Origin: Mnemiopsis leidyi
Lineage: Eukaryota
NCBI GenBank assembly: GCA_048537945.1
Contig: CM108484.1
Span: 4,210,494 to 4,274,493 of the forward strand
DNA: 64,000 nt
Reading direction: 5' to 3'
The position numbers were made by a program, and so were the translations under genes. The notes beneath the pieces are model-generated. The model worked only from the letters and a program-made list of their open reading frames with translations, searched no databases and had not been told where the DNA came from. Position 1 is the stretch's first letter. Every line of letters starts with the position of its first letter. Below, one piece after another: positions 1 to 13,800 of this stretch.

Positions 1-126
1 TGTAGCATTCTAGTTTTTTGGACCTTTATAATTGTATTGAGCTGAAATATTTGAGAATAAATTTGATGTTTTTTCCTGCTTGAACCATGCCAAATTTCCT
101 AGTAACAACGTTAATCACTTCTACAG

Positions 127-3100
127 GCTGATATCAAACATGTTATACGATGTTCCCTTCCCAACTCTTACCAAACCAACAGTATCTTTAACTATCGGTG
201 ACAAGACCATCCCATTCGAACAACCTCTTACTACTCAGATCCCAACCAGGTATATTTGATTTTCAGAACAGCAGTTTTGTACCATTGCCACAAATTAGAT
301 TCGTTCACCTAATATATCGTAATACGAAGTTGAAGTAGTAATTCTATCCTCAGTGGAGGTACAGTGAAGACACTACTAGAATGTCTTGAACCGAACCATC
401 TTCTCCAAGTTTTCTTCCAACTCCTCCTGGAAGAGAACGTCCTATTCATCTCCTCCTCCTCCCTCAACCTTACCGCAACTGCTGAGGCGTTCTGCTCCCT
501 TCTCTATCCCTTCAAGTGGATGTCCCCGTATATTCCTCTTCTTCCTCGCCTCATCGGGGAAGAACTGTTCGCTGATTTCGAGCTGGATTGTCCTGTACCT
601 TTCATCATTGGTAAGATCCTTTACTTTTTTCTGACTTTTTTGTTACCTTTCGTCAGTCATAAGATTCTTTACTTTTAAACTAACTTTTTTACCTTTCGTA
701 TATTATTGTATAGACATTTTAAGCTGGGACCCTGCTCAGTAGAAAAGAGTTTGTTGGAACTGTCTGACCAGAGTTCGTTAAACTCCCTACACTCTCCAAC
801 TAATTTTACAATCCCACTGTTCAGGAATGAAGCGTGACTTCCTGGAGATGTACCACTGTCCAGATCGAGTTACACAGGTAGATTTAGACCACAACACAGT
901 GAGACTCCCTTCAAGTCACATGAACCCATCAGATTACCTCCCCAAACAAGTTGTTAACAACTTGAGGAACTCTCTGACTAGCATCTACAACATGTGTGAC
1001 ACCAACAGTAACGGTATGTAAAACAGGGGAATGTAAGATTATCAAGTTGACGTGATTTTCTTAAAGATTTTTTTTTGAGTTATATCATAAGTCTTACTCA
1101 AACTCGAAAGATTATTTCCTCAACACATCAATGTAACGCCCATCCCTTCCCTCAGTTCGAACTAGAGCGGTAGAGCTACAAGTTCAGGAGACGTTCCTCA
1201 GATTCCAAGCTACCCTTCTCCGAGGTTACACTGACTACCTCCTCCCGGTTTTGGAGTCTAAAGATAAGAACTTCTGTAACGCTGAGAACTTGTTCAATAT
1301 TGGCAAGTTTATCGCGTCTAGGGAGGAAATTCAGAGACCCTTCTACAAGGTAAATTTTCAATTCGATAAGTCTTGGGTTTGTTCAATGTCCAGAAAAGCA
1401 GAGTTTATAGAGTTAGGTTGTGCAATTTACTTAAATTCATTAATATGTTACTCTAATAAACATTTTACTTAATATTCGTTTCAGAAACTGCTGAGCACTC
1501 AAATGTTCAACTGTTTTATAATCTCGCGTTCCTTCATCTCGGACTCAGACGAAACCCTGGAGTTCTTTGACGGGTGTATAGAAAGGCTGGAAGATAACAC
1601 TGCCTTACTTCATGAAACTGATTCCAACCGGGGTGTCACTGTAGTTGTACAAACAGAGAAAATGAGTCAAGGTTAGGGAGAAATGGGAAACGAATAGACA
1701 TTTTAACTGATTGAAGCAAGATATTTTGGTTTAAGTAATCGCTAAATTGTCATTGGATGCAGTTACGACGTCTCTTCAATTAAGTTTAGTACTCCAACTT
1801 AAAATTGTTGTGTCTTCCTTTTTCGTAACTCCCAATGACGATCTAACATTTGCAGGTCTGAAGCCGAGTAAGCTGTACAGTTACCCAGTGTTTGTGCTAG
1901 ACAGAGAGTTATTTTACACAAATGTGCCGGAGGAGAGAGGAGGCCAAGAGAGATCTGTCATTTCACTCCGTACTAAAGTTGAGAAACAGAAGATGGTAAA
2001 ACGTGCACATGCAGCCAAGATGCGTTCTAACACTCTCGCTTGGAGCAAGTTAGTTTTTTCCTCGTTTGATTGTTGTCTTTGTCTCATTTGTGGGCATCAA
2101 TTTAAAGTTCAACCAATCTTATTTGTTGTTTCCCTTCATTAAAATTAGAGGAATGGGAAATGGGCACTGGCGCGTATGCCTTCTGAAGAAGTATATGAAA
2201 AAGAAAATTAAGAGATTTTCACTTGAGAACTAAGCATATCCTTCTGCCAGATGTTTGCTGCAGCATGTGTATTGTGTGTGGTATCTATACCTACCCTCGC
2301 TGATAACGATTCTTGAACCGGGGGAGGAGCAACATGCTCAACTCAACACTGCGCTCCAGATCATCCAGGCTCTTAGGACTGACAGGAAAACTAATCTAGA
2401 GGAGGTCGTTACTTTTAACTTTCTTTCTTTAAGCTCTTATATCTTTATGTGCCTTGCAATACCTTTCATAAATGGAAATGATCGAAACAAACATGCCTTG
2501 TGGTCTAGACCGTGACACAAAATCTCTTGTTGAAAAATATGATTTTAATATTAGCTACACCTATATCACAAGAGTTAAAGTTCTATCTCCCCCAGGTGTG
2601 TTACCGAATCCTGATATCTCTGTCTGGTTTCTACGACCATCCCCAGGTTGCTATGGATACCTTCACACACATGCAGGAAATCAAGATGAACATCAGTGCT
2701 GTAACATACGGTCATTACCACCGAGCTGTTCTATTTAACGAGAACGTTAACGGGGTCGAATCTCACGCTATCTCCCACTGGAAAACTCTGAGACTATACA
2801 TTATTACCTGCATCGCTTTCAAACGTTTCCGAAGGAGAGCAGAAGTTCCCGTTATCAATACCAGCTCGTTAGAAAGTATACAATCGAGCGAGAAAAACAA
2901 TGATTCTCCCACCGGGACGGGCCGGTTTTCTTCAAACGGCATGTCCGACTCTGGTATAGAACTAGATCACCCGCTATCAGCTCTCAAAGTTTCCTTAGAC
3001 AAAAGAACCAGTAACCATGTTAACGACACGAACACAGCAAGCAGCCCCCCAAACCCCAACACTTCCCAAAAACCACCCTCAGCGCCCCTCAAAGCCTCTC

Positions 3101-5669
3101 GGCGGGGCCACACCCGCAGTATTTCAGACGTGTCCATGTTATCAGTGGGTAATGTCCATCAGAGACAACTTTCAGACGATGCGGGGTATAAGACTCTGTC
3201 CAGACTGAAATCTCCCCGTTTCAAACGTAACAGTCTGATGGGCAAGACAGTGCAGGACAAGAGAGGAGTCTCCCGGAGTAACACAAACAGCTTCAAACGA
3301 GCCAAGTCCACCATGACTCCAAGTAGTTCCACCTACAGTGTACAGTCACTGGAACCAGAGGACGACCCAGGAGACTTCTACAACCGAGAGTTTGAGAACC
3401 CGAATCCGATGAAGTTCACCCTTACACCGGCGTGCGGGGAGGACCTTGACCCTGACGCAGAGTTGAAGGTCAAGATCTGGAGTTCGTACTCCTGTTCGCA
3501 TTGCCAGAGAATGATATACGACGAGCAGATTTTAGCGGGTTGGGGGCACGAGGAGAGTAATCTCTCGACTACCTGTCCGTACTGTGACATGAAATCTGTA
3601 GCTCAACTATCTATAGAGGTATGTTTTTTTAGTAACAAAATATTTGGCAAAGGTTGCCTTCCTCAACCTCATAATATCTCGAATTCTGGACTCTTGATAA
3701 AAAACTTTAGAATCTAGATCATCACGTGACATGGCTCTTCACCCCAGGTTACATACCGGTCAGTTAACAGTGAGTCAGAGCCAGTTACACCGAGAATGCA
3801 CCGTGAGAGCAGTATCAGTAAAACTCAACCTATAGACACGAACAATATACAGATATCACTGGAGGGAGAGGACGATACCATGGACTCTTACGAATCAGGT
3901 TAGTTGAGGAGAGTGAGGATGGTTTGGAGAGGAGTTTGAAAGGAGTTTGGAAAGGAGTTTGGAGAAGTTTTTGGAGAGGAGTTTGGAGAGGAGTTTGGAA
4001 AGGCATTTAGAGAGGAGTTTGGAGAGGAGTTTTGAAAGGAGTTGGGAGGGTCAAGAGAGGAGTTAAGTGATGTTGGAAGAGGAGGAGATGAGTTGAAGAA
4101 AGTCTTCTAAATTTCAAACTTTTGCAAGGAAGCTTATATCAAAAAAAGATTTATCGGCTGTTTTCAACCTCATCTGTAATTGTTCGCAATCCCGTGACCA
4201 ATGTCCAATACTAATCGAAGTCTAGAAAATGAACTCTCAGGGAACATCAACTTCGCAATGCCCGAGCCGATAAGGCGGGAAAGAAAAAGTCGGAGTGGCT
4301 CCGTCTTAGCCAGTATGAACCCCAGAACTATGAGTATGAAGAAGAAGAAGGAAGAAGACAACACTGTGGAGAGGATTGAAGTCCCTTATCTGTGTCCTAT
4401 TGTGCTCCGTAAAGAGGTAATAACTTCTGTTTTCGTTAGAATAAAATGATAAGAACTTTAAATTTGAGGATAAAAATAAATTTTGTAAATTGTGAATTCA
4501 CTATCTATAACTTTTAGATCTTATAAGCTGAGCTTATAAGGTCATTAATAGGCTTCTTACTTAAACTTGATTGGCTGTTCCAGGTTGAATGTGTCTGTGA
4601 GAGTGATGGTCCAGGTGAGATGGTGAAGGACGATCTGGCTACCTCCCACACCATCGTCTTCTGGAACATGGTCTGGTGGTTCTGCAGAGAAAACTTGTCT
4701 AGTAGTCTACCTCTGTACATTCCTCAAGCTTTCAGACATCTCCACCCCAAGGGACAGGTCGGCAGTTTATCATTTGCTTACAGTTTTGTTCTTGCATCAG
4801 TAAGTCTAGCCTGCCAGTAAATAGTTTGTTGCGATAAAATTTGAGATCACGTCAATTCCTGAATAGTGTACCAAAAACTAACGTCTACTTACCAAATACT
4901 TACGTCTACCTACCAAATACTTACATCTCCTTCCCAAATACCTATGCTACTTAACAAATACTTACATCTACTTACCAAATACTTACGTCCTACCACCATA
5001 TCAGTTGTGTCAGAGTGTAGAGCTGAGTACACAGTGGTGTAAAACTTCACATTCCCTCTACAACAACTTTGAGGAGCTGTCACATCACAAGGATCTGCCT
5101 CAATGTACACAGCTGTGGAGGGTGGTGGAGAACTTCATGCAGGACGATGTAAGTTAGTAATGTGTAACATGTTGTGACAGCCCCCTATCAAGTTGTGCTA
5201 TAACCCCTATACGTCCCTCTGAATCCCTTATATGTGTCTCTAAACCCCCAGTAGTGTCCCTGAACCCCCTCCCCGACACGTCCCACTAAACCCCTATACA
5301 CTTATACCACCCTCTACAACCCCCGTACGTCCCACTAAACCCCTTTACACTTATACCACCCTATAAAACCCCCATACGTCCAACTAAACCCCTATACACT
5401 TATACCACCCTCTACAACCCCCGTACGTCCCACTAAACCCCTATACGTCCCTCTTAACGCCCTTCTAACGACTAACCCCTTGCCCGATCTCACTAAAACC
5501 AACTCTTTACCAGTTACAAAGTGCAGTTAACCTCCTTGTGGTACACCGTACTGAGGCGCACATAAATCTGTACCGAGAGTTGGTCTATCTGGGGTGTAGG
5601 TACAAGAACAACTTCTCTAATCTCCAGTTTGACGAGGACTACACTTCTTGCCTCGCTAGGATACCTCAG
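127..5669 (+). CDS. DENN-domain protein gene (DENND4/CRAG-like), partial multi-exon gene; 5' end upstream of window
   Basis: Spliced exons with GT/AG boundaries and frame continuity. Approx exons: 127-249, 354-610, 825-1013, 1156-1349, 1485-1671, 1856-1995, 2264-2404, 2596-3618, 3748-3898, 4241-4416, 4584-4799(?), 5514-5669. Exon 354-610 encodes a DENN-core-like motif (LLYPFKWMSPYIPLLP ... PVPFIIG). Exon 825-1013 carries the VDLDHNTV motif. dDENN-like exons follow. The large exon has PPR-like helices, a Ser-rich low-complexity stretch and a C-x2-C...C-x2-C motif. Exon 4584-4799 and a possible small exon near 5095-5137 are uncertain (phase conflict). Confidence 0.55.
354..610 (+). CDS. DENN core exon
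   Basis: Acceptor cag at 351-353 and donor gtaaga at 611. Translation SGGTVKTLLECLEPNHLLQVFFQLLLEENVLFISSSSLNLTATAEAFCSLLYPFKWMSPYIPLLPRLIGEELFADFELDCPVPFIIG matches the DENN core consensus. Confidence 0.6.
2596..3618 (+). CDS. Large exon of DENN gene (PPR-like helices, Ser-rich region, Cys4 motif)
   Basis: Acceptor cccag|GTG at 2593-2595 and donor GAG|gtatgt at 3619. It is a 341-codon open frame inside ORF 2512..3717. Confidence 0.5.
3921..4075. repeat. Minisatellite (GGAGTTTGGAGAG)n, ~12 units, intronic in DENN gene
   Basis: Direct tandem repetition visible in sequence. Confidence 0.8.
4868..4995. repeat. ~21-bp tandem repeat (TACCAAATACTTACGTCTACT)n, ~5 units
   Basis: Visible tandem units. 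Confidence 0.7.
5205..5465. repeat. ~60-bp tandem repeat x4 (cccctatacacttataccaccctctacaacccccgtacgtcccactaaa)
   Basis: Four near-identical consecutive units. Confidence 0.75.
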
Positions 5670-6399
5670 GTATGTCTGGCATTTGTGTGGACATAGTATT
5701 CCGTAACTTTTCAGCTATTCTTCCCTTTCTGCTGATGCGGCGGTTATGGATAAGGCTTTTTGCTATTTTTGTTGGCTATTTATGTTCTGTACATTTTCGC
5801 TAAACTGATAAGGTATCTCGTTGTTCTGATGCACGTTTTTCTCTAAAAAGGTCGGACAACAAGTGCCTTTCGAATTGGAATTAACGGACAGACTGCACGG
5901 AAATAGTAGTCCGAGCGATGGAGAAAAAATCAAACGATTGGTAGTGTGCCTTTAATGTATTCCGCTGAGTGCCAAAATATTTCCAGTTTTTCGGAAACTT
6001 TTTGGTGCAGTTTTGGTCTTGTGTGATCTCATTTACAGTCTTGAATGTGCCTGTGTTACTCATTGTTAGTTCCTACAACTCCATATAGATAATGTAACTG
6101 TTCTTCATACATCACATAAAAAATATTGCATTTCTGAATTTTTCTTCGATAGATCATTGGACTGGCCTGTGACCTATGTAAATTGTATCAGGAAGTAAAA
6201 ATATCGCTTGCTTCGGATACTTATCTCCGTTTTATGCTACCGGAAACGGACCTCAGAATTTATATTGCATGTAATCAGCTACTAATTACTATCCTTTAGG
6301 AATTTAAGATGCTTTCATTCTCAACTTCGGTATGAAATAAAAACGTAATTTGATAGAAACTTAATTTCTGGGTTTGAAGTAAGTGCGCAGCATGAGTGA

Positions 6400-6600
6400 T
6401 CTCCACCCAAACCTCCTCCCCACACCCCCACCTCCCTCCCTAGCTCCTTCCTCCCTCCTTCTTCGTGAATGACGGAAAATTTACTCTATCTAATCTCCTT
6501 CTCCCTTCCCTTCTCTATTTCTCCCCCACCCATACCGGCCCCTCCCCACTCCTTGTGTATGACAGAAACTTCACTTCCTCCAATTTCAGATTTCTTCCTC
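6400..6600. repeat. CT/CCTCC-rich low-complexity tract
   Basis: Pyrimidine-rich simple sequence. Confidence 0.6.
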
Positions 6601-7653
6601 CCGATTACGGCCTGACGACGTTCCGATGAAACAGTCAGACATTCATTGTCGTCAGATGTTCTCTTGGTTGGGTCTCTCCATCTGAAAGTGCTGTGCGGGT
6701 TTAAACGTGCGGGTTTGCATGTACCTTGTCGTGGAAAAGACTGACATCTATCCCTTTGGTAGACTTTGTGGGTCCTTGTTTTCTTGTTTATTGTTTTTAC
6801 AACTTTTTAATTTTGGACTTGGGACTGGCTGAAATGTATTGATAAATAATCAGAGATAGAAAACCCAAATTTACATGGACAATTTTAACTGTATAATAAT
6901 TTTTATCATCGAACATGTTAATTTAATGTACAGCTAGCGGTCCAGTCTCGAGCAATTCTTTAGTGGTTAAGACCAAAGAATGATGCTTAACAGCCGACAA
7001 ACTGCTTACGTTTCATTCGCCGAGTTGTTCAGGGAGAATCGAGCCTTTGTATTCGAGTAGTTCGCTCCTTCTTGAATGGTATCGCATTAATTTCTATTGT
7101 GTTCGAGTGAATTTCTAGCGAATTTTTCACTTTTTATCGGCTGACTGAAGGGTTGAATAAGAGGTTGGACTGCATTCGAAATCTGTGTCCCGTCAGCGTT
7201 GTTTGTGGATTAATTTATAAATCGGACGTGTACTGTTTTAAATAATGTTTAAGAACTTACCAAATCCCATCATTACCTGGGAAAGGATTCATTAATTTCT
7301 GACCTAAGAGTCCAATAAAAATATATTTAAAATTTGCTTGGAACTTTAACGAATGTGCCATGTTTAAAAGCGGTTTTTAAAAAGCTATACTTATACACTC
7401 TCTTTGCAGAGACTTTAGAAACAGGTGAAGAGAGCTGTGGGTTAATGATTTGAGAAAACAGAGTTATGGAGTGTGCCCTGTGAAGCTGTTTGATTAATTT
7501 ATTTGTTTTTATCTTTGTAAATAGAGTCTAATTATTAAATTGATTTTAAACACTGTTTTTATTGTTTAAAACCCTTAAAAGTAAAACGATGATAGTGATT
7601 GCCAGAAGTTTAACTCGCTGTTACGGATTTCACCCTCTTAACGGACTTTTGAC

Positions 7654-8190
7654 GAGATGATATCCGTCTAACTGCGAGATGATATCCGTCTAACTGCGAG
7701 CCGCGCGCGGGTCGGGTAACACCTCGACAAAACGGACTTTTACTCAAAGTAAATCACTCACCTGTCGCCAATGCTGAATGCGCAGTCACGTGAAACTGAA
7801 CTTGCTACACGTTGCATAGCCCTGCTGCCGCGAAGCCTCCGGCCGCGCGCAGGGTCACAACGTGAGTTGACGAGATGATATCCGTCTAACTTTCTAACCA
7901 GAAGAGCAGCAAGCTGCGAGCCGCGCGCTAGTCGGGTAACACCTCGACAAAAATTCTAAACGCGCATCGCCCGTAAACTGACGAGAAGCTAGGATATTAG
8001 GATAAGTTTTTTGTCAGACTGAGACGTTGCCTGACCTGCTGCCGAGAAGCGGCGGCCCCCACCGCACGCGAAGCAAAGCAAGGCAAAGCTTTTCGCTTGA
8101 CGAGATGATATCCGTCTAACATTCTAACGAAACGCGAGGAGAGCAGAAAACTGCGAGCCGCGCGCGGGTCGGGTAACATCTCGACAACTT
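7654..8190. repeat. Three copies (~225-bp spacing) of a conserved ~80-bp motif ttgacgagatgatatccgtctaac...ctgcgagccgcgcgcgggtcgggtaacacctcgacaa with divergent spacers
   Basis: Motif at 7654-7745 (with an internal partial duplication), 7867-7960 and 8097-8190. Each copy contains a CpG-rich GCGCGCG core. Confidence 0.7.
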
Positions 8191-10089
8191 TTCGCTAATT
8201 GTCTGACTTTGTCCGACCCTCATTCGAAGCGGAAAATAAAATGACGGGAGTGGAGAGGGTGCGCGCTGCTGTACAATTCGCTAAAATAAGCTTTTCGCAG
8301 CCACCTCTGGTGGCGCGCAGGACGCGCGCGAAAGGGCTATGGTTAGAGCAAATTCTTTTTAAGCTGTTACATGTTATGTCAACCCAATTTGGCTTTGCAT
8401 GCTTACCCTAAATTTCAAAAGTTTTGTCATTTTGCCCCGTTATCCAAATTTTATAGCATCGCTCCCCCATTTTCGTCCACACTTGGCCTTTGTTACTTAA
8501 GTTCCTCAGTCCCTTTTTTTTATTGGAGGGGACCGTAGACAGAGGGTCATGCAACCCCTGGTTAATCCTTTCAGAGTTTAACGGGGTTTATTGTTGGCTA
8601 CATGAAACCGCGGTGCCAGATACAAGATAGAGTCTGACTTATTTTGGTGTACCTTAGAGTGACAGGATTATGTCAATCTGCTGGCCAATCTGCCGAGATT
8701 ACCCTGCTCCACATATGATTTAACATATCATTCTGATTGGACTTATCCAGGTTATGTTAATTTTTCTGCGGACACTGATGCTGCCTCAAGGACAGACATA
8801 AGCTGTAGCGAAACTGTAAATAAGTAAATAAATAAATAAATTGTAAATAATAAATAATAAAACAATAATTTTTAATAAAACAATAATTTTTATTTTCGAC
8901 AGCAATCAAAATATAAAATATATCAATTCAATAGCACAGCTACAGTCGTCTACGTCTGCTGTACACCCCAAATGCAGTGTAGCAGAAGACGCGCGCAGCA
9001 CGAAGTGTAGCATAATTACTTGCTTCGGGGCCGCACGCGCGCGCAGCAAGCCGCGGGAGAAACGCTGCCGCCATAGACGCCTGGTCTGACGTAGCAGAAT
9101 GCTTCACCGGCGTCTCGAACCGCACATGCATGCAACCTCCTAAATTCAGAAAAATCATATCTTCACAGATATTAAGAAATCTGGCACCACACACCAGTTG
9201 AGTAAAAGAAAGTTTTCGATAATGTCGTGCTGGTGCTAAACGTAATTTATATCTTGTTGGTTTGGTTTTAACTTTCATTCATAACACTGCAATCAAACAA
9301 ACTTATACTTGCCCATCAGGAAGCATTCCTGGAAGCAAGAGCAGCTGATGCAAGGTAACCACTCTCGCTTACAAGAATGTGCAAAAGATTCAGTATAGTA
9401 AGCATTATGCAATAAATTTACAAGAATCGGAGAGAACAGCACTGAGCTTAGTAATTGTACATCCAATGGACAAGAGTAAAATGGTAAGTGTTCCCGATGG
9501 GCAAGCACTTGCCCTGCTCTCAGCCCGCATAATTGCCGACTTGCAGGCAGTGCAAGATAACGAGGACTATGCTTGCCCCGTCCCCAATAACTGTGGCAGG
9601 ATATTATTTCTCCCCTGCGTCATACTATAACCATTTCAAACTGGACCAGTTTATTCAAAAGTTTGGCAAGTACTTTACTGAGGCTCGACGGATGCACAGA
9701 TCCACAAATACCGCGGCCCGACAATAAAGGAAAAGGCTGTCGAAGGATGAAAACATTGTTCATTTTCTCTCACCCTATACCCTTCTCCCCTGCACGGTGA
9801 GTTCCGGGGTACCGTGAACCCGTGCAAACCTCGAGCTGGTATTATAGATTATTAAGATACGCTTTGGAATTTAACACAGTGGGAAGGGGACGGTAGCATA
9901 CAATCAATGGGCATTTTCATGTTTAGTCTAATTTCGGCGTTTTAAAACTAAAAGTTTTTCAAAGATAACAATCTGAAGTCCACATGAAGAAAAGTTCCGA
10001 AGAATCACACCGACAAGAATCGTATGGTCAGAGGATGTACAACACTTACGTGACGTTAACTTTGGATTTCATAATTGGGGAACTGAAGA

Positions 10090-10730
10090 TCGGATTGAAT
10101 TCCCTTACTTAAGGGGGAATTGTAAAAATTTAGCTAGACCAACGGACTGTACAGTAACCTAAAGCACCCTAATGGGCATCAATTGCACCACTTATTTTTT
10201 GATTCTATGATGACGCATTTTTTAAAATCGCAAAAAGAAAATTTTTCCGAGAATTTGGAAATTTTTGGAAATTTACATTGCATAAATAAAACTCAGCCGT
10301 TTCTAATTGAATCATGCTGAAAATTTGCACGAATTTTATTTATACCTTTGTTGAGCAGCTGTAAAAATTTCACGAAAAACTAATAAAAGTTGACTCAATG
10401 GCACCTGTCCAAAGTTGCCAAGTCCCAAAAATTTCTTTTTTATGTTAACTAACTTTGAAAATTTGCACATGCTACTGTGAAATGTCAAGCACCTTGAAAC
10501 TTTGCACACAGGTAGAAGACAGCGATGGAAAAATTTTGATGCTATGAAAAGTCTGTTTCCAAGGAAAGGGGGAAGATTTATGGACACTTGAAATAAAAGT
10601 AGGAATTTATCTGCCAAATTTCAACTTGAAAACAAAAAATTGTTAGAGCCACCCTTGAGTTGTCTAAATGCCAGATATAAGGTCACTCTTTACAAACATA
10701 CTTTATCCGACCCGGGTGTATTGGTTTTGG
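10090..10730. repeat. Left arm of ~640-bp inverted repeat flanking the LINE
   Basis: Reverse complement of 15535-16170 at ~90% identity. Mirror ORFs 10336..10617(-) and 15649..15930(+) encode near-identical peptides. Confidence 0.85.
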
Positions 10731-10849
10731 GCTTAAAATATGATATCAGATACATTTTAACTCTACCATATTTTGTCACTCTTGGACAACTATTGTTCTC
10801 TAGCACATACATCTTTCATTTTAGACTATTTAAGACCTCGGCAAACATG

Positions 10850-10869
10850 ATTGATTGATTGATTGATTG
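10850..10869. repeat. (TTGA)n microsatellite, which is the 3' tail (TCAA)n of the minus-strand LINE
   Basis: ttgattgattgattgattg lies immediately 3' of the LINE ORF on its strand. Confidence 0.7.
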
Positions 10870-13800
10870 CCCTAACCGGGCTGGCATCTAAGGGCCATCA
10901 AATATAATATAAATAGAGATCATACTTAAATTTTATTACATGGTAAGAAAGAGAAAAAATTTAATAAATCATGTGCAATATGAAACTGTAAAAGTGAAAG
11001 TGAAAATGAAAATGAAAAATGTAAAACTAAACACGGTTGCTTGAATTCAGCACAAAGATATCACTGCAATGAATAATAAATAAAAACGGTAAAAAAGGGT
11101 TCCCAATTATGTAGCTAAATTAAATCAATTGACCGCTAATCGTCAAAATCAGGCTCCTTGTAATTAATGTGGTTCTCTCTATTTCTACTGGAGCATCTTA
11201 GACCTTTTATGTTCTGTAAAGCATTGTTGCCGGCTTCCCATGAGTCTAAACTGCCTGCACTTTGTGCACTCAGTAAGACATCTGTAGCATGTTTTTTAAA
11301 AATATTAATTGAATGATAGGAAGATGGCGGAATCGAGTCTAATTTGAAAACAGAATTAAGCAGTAGGGGTCCCTTGTAAAATAGGGAATTTCTATAGACG
11401 GTCGTTCCATACGTGTTCAACCAGGCACTATCTTTTTCATGATTCATGTCGGACGGCAGCGGAATGTTACGGGGAAAGAGTTCCGCTATAGAATCGGGCA
11501 GTAAGGATTTAAAATTGTACAACTTGAACATGAAGATTGCAGCATTTTTAGCAATCATATTGTGTATTGTGAGTAAACCGAGATTACAGTAAGCGGCCTT
11601 TGTACTAGATGGAACAGTCTTATCTTCAGGGTTGAAAAAGTATCTTACGTGTCCAGGCATGATAGCACGGATTCCATTCTTTTGTTTTGTGAACAGTGAA
11701 TCGATGTTCGATTTGGCAGAAAAACCCCAGACTAAACTGCAATAATTTATATGGCTCTGTACAAAACTGTTGAATATAAGCATTCTAGCTTTTAGTGGTA
11801 GTAAGTGTTTGATTCTAAACATTATTCCTGTGTAGCGGCTTATTTTAGCTCGAAGAGCTACAATATGAGCACTCCATGTCAAACCTTCATCAATGATTAC
11901 ACCTAGGAACTTGGCTTCGCTTACGTGTTTTATCGGTGAGCCTTTAATTGCGAGATTAATTTCCTTATTAACGTTTTTCTTGCTAAAAACCATATAATTA
12001 GTCTTTTTAAGATTCAATAGTAGGCCATTTGCGTTTACCCATGATAAAATTTGTGTTGCCAGGCCTTCGACCTTGCCTTTGATTTCACACATGTCATTAC
12101 CAGTCACTATAATATTTGCATCATCTGCGTAGAGTATGAATTTAGCTGCCTTATCTATGTTTGGTAGGTCGTTGGTGTATATAACGAATAGCAGAGGTCC
12201 CAAGATACTGCCTTGTGGTACCCCATAGCGTATTTCTGTTGCGTTGGAGTCAGTACCATTGACACTCACAAATTGACTACGTCTGCTGAGGTAGGATCTA
12301 AGCCAGTCGTGTGCTGGACCTCTTATACCGTAGTGATATAACTTTTCAAGTAATATAGTGTGTTCAACCAGGTCGAAAGCTTTGGAAAAATCTATCATCA
12401 AGAGCAAGGCTACTTGGTTTTTGCTAATGGTGTCAAGCAGTTTACTATTAGCTGCAAGCAGTGCGTGTTCACATGACCTACCCGCTCTGAAACCAAATTG
12501 GTTTTTGTATAAGGTGTCATTTTCTTCCATGAATTTTACTATTCTGCAGTGCATAACTTTTTCGTAAATTTTAGAGAATGACGACAGCAGTGAGATAGGT
12601 CTGTAACATGTGACGTCAGTTTTACTTCCGCCCTTATGTATTGGGACAACTCTGGCACATTTAAGCTTGCTAGGAAAAATTCCCTCAGCCAGAGATGCTG
12701 ATACAATGTTTGACAACGTAATATTAAATTTTTCACTGCAGTTTGAGGCAATCTTTATTGCACTCACTTTAGTGTCGAGGGTGCTCTTGTTTTTCAGTTT
12801 ACGAATAATGGTAGCAATTTCATCGGGCCCTGCAGGACTAAGGTATATCGTATTAGCGTTAGATCGATCCATGAAAGAACCGTAGTTGTTGGAGGCATCC
12901 CCCCTGATGCCAGACTTAAGGTTACTAGCTATGTTTGAGAAATACGAGTTAAACTGTTCTGCGATGCCTATATTATCAGTAACACTTTCGCCATTTTCCC
13001 CAACAACTTTTTTTATGTCCGATGTTTTCTTCCCTCTATTTAATAGCTCATTAATAAGTCCCCATTGCTTTTTGGAGTTGTCTTTATGCTCCTCAAAAAT
13101 TTTTGCATAGTATCTTCTTTTGGATAAATTTACATGTTTTTCTGTGAATTTTTTCATTTTATCATACTTAACTTTATTTGCTGTTGTGTTATGTTTTATG
13201 AAGTCATGATATAAAAGTTGTTTACGGTGAATTGCGTCTTCAAGCCAGGGAAGTATCCATGGTTTTGGTTGTGCTCTCTCATGTCTCCTTCGCGCAGAAT
13301 TATTTTTACTAGGATAAGCAGATTCATAGTGCTTAGTGTATATGTCACAAAATTTATCATATTTTTCCTCGGCATCTAGATTATCGCCCATTTCCCAGGT
13401 TTCACCTTGTATCAGATTTTTAAAGTTTTCGTCGTTGGCCGAATTAAATACCCTATAGTTGCATGTATTTGAGTCTGCCATTCGATTTGCCGGCCTAACT
13501 GTCCTATCAAAGTTCTTATTGAGTGAAATTATTACGTTTGTCCCTAGATGATCAGTAATGTCCAGCGTTATGACGTTAGAGCTAACAACACTATTAGTTG
13601 AGTTAATATATATGTGGTCAATAAGCGTTGCACTGTGGTCAGTAACACGTGTGGGTCGCGAGATCACTTGTAGAAATCCGTGGCTGGCTGTTATTTCAAC
13701 AAGTTCCTGTCCATGGGAGTCATGGTCGTACTTGATAAGGTCAATGTTGTGATCACCAGTTAATACTAAAAGTTTGTTTTTATGTCTATTAAGCTTTCTT

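Noticed and set aside
1747-2142. 131-aa + ORF spanning DENN exon 6 and its flanking introns
   Set aside because: Only the central part (1856-1995) is exonic by splice-site and phase logic. The rest is read-through intron.
5095-5137. Possible small DENN exon (LWRVVENFMQDD) between 4799 and 5514
   Set aside because: Acceptor and donor exist, but the phase is inconsistent with the neighbouring exons. Left out of the model.
8940-9727. ORFs of 64-112 aa on both strands
   Set aside because: No splice or domain support. GC-rich patch with chance open frames.
12358-13110. Several + strand ORFs (69-91 aa) inside the LINE
   Set aside because: They are antisense to the intact 1241-aa RT ORF, with no domain content. 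Chance ORFs.
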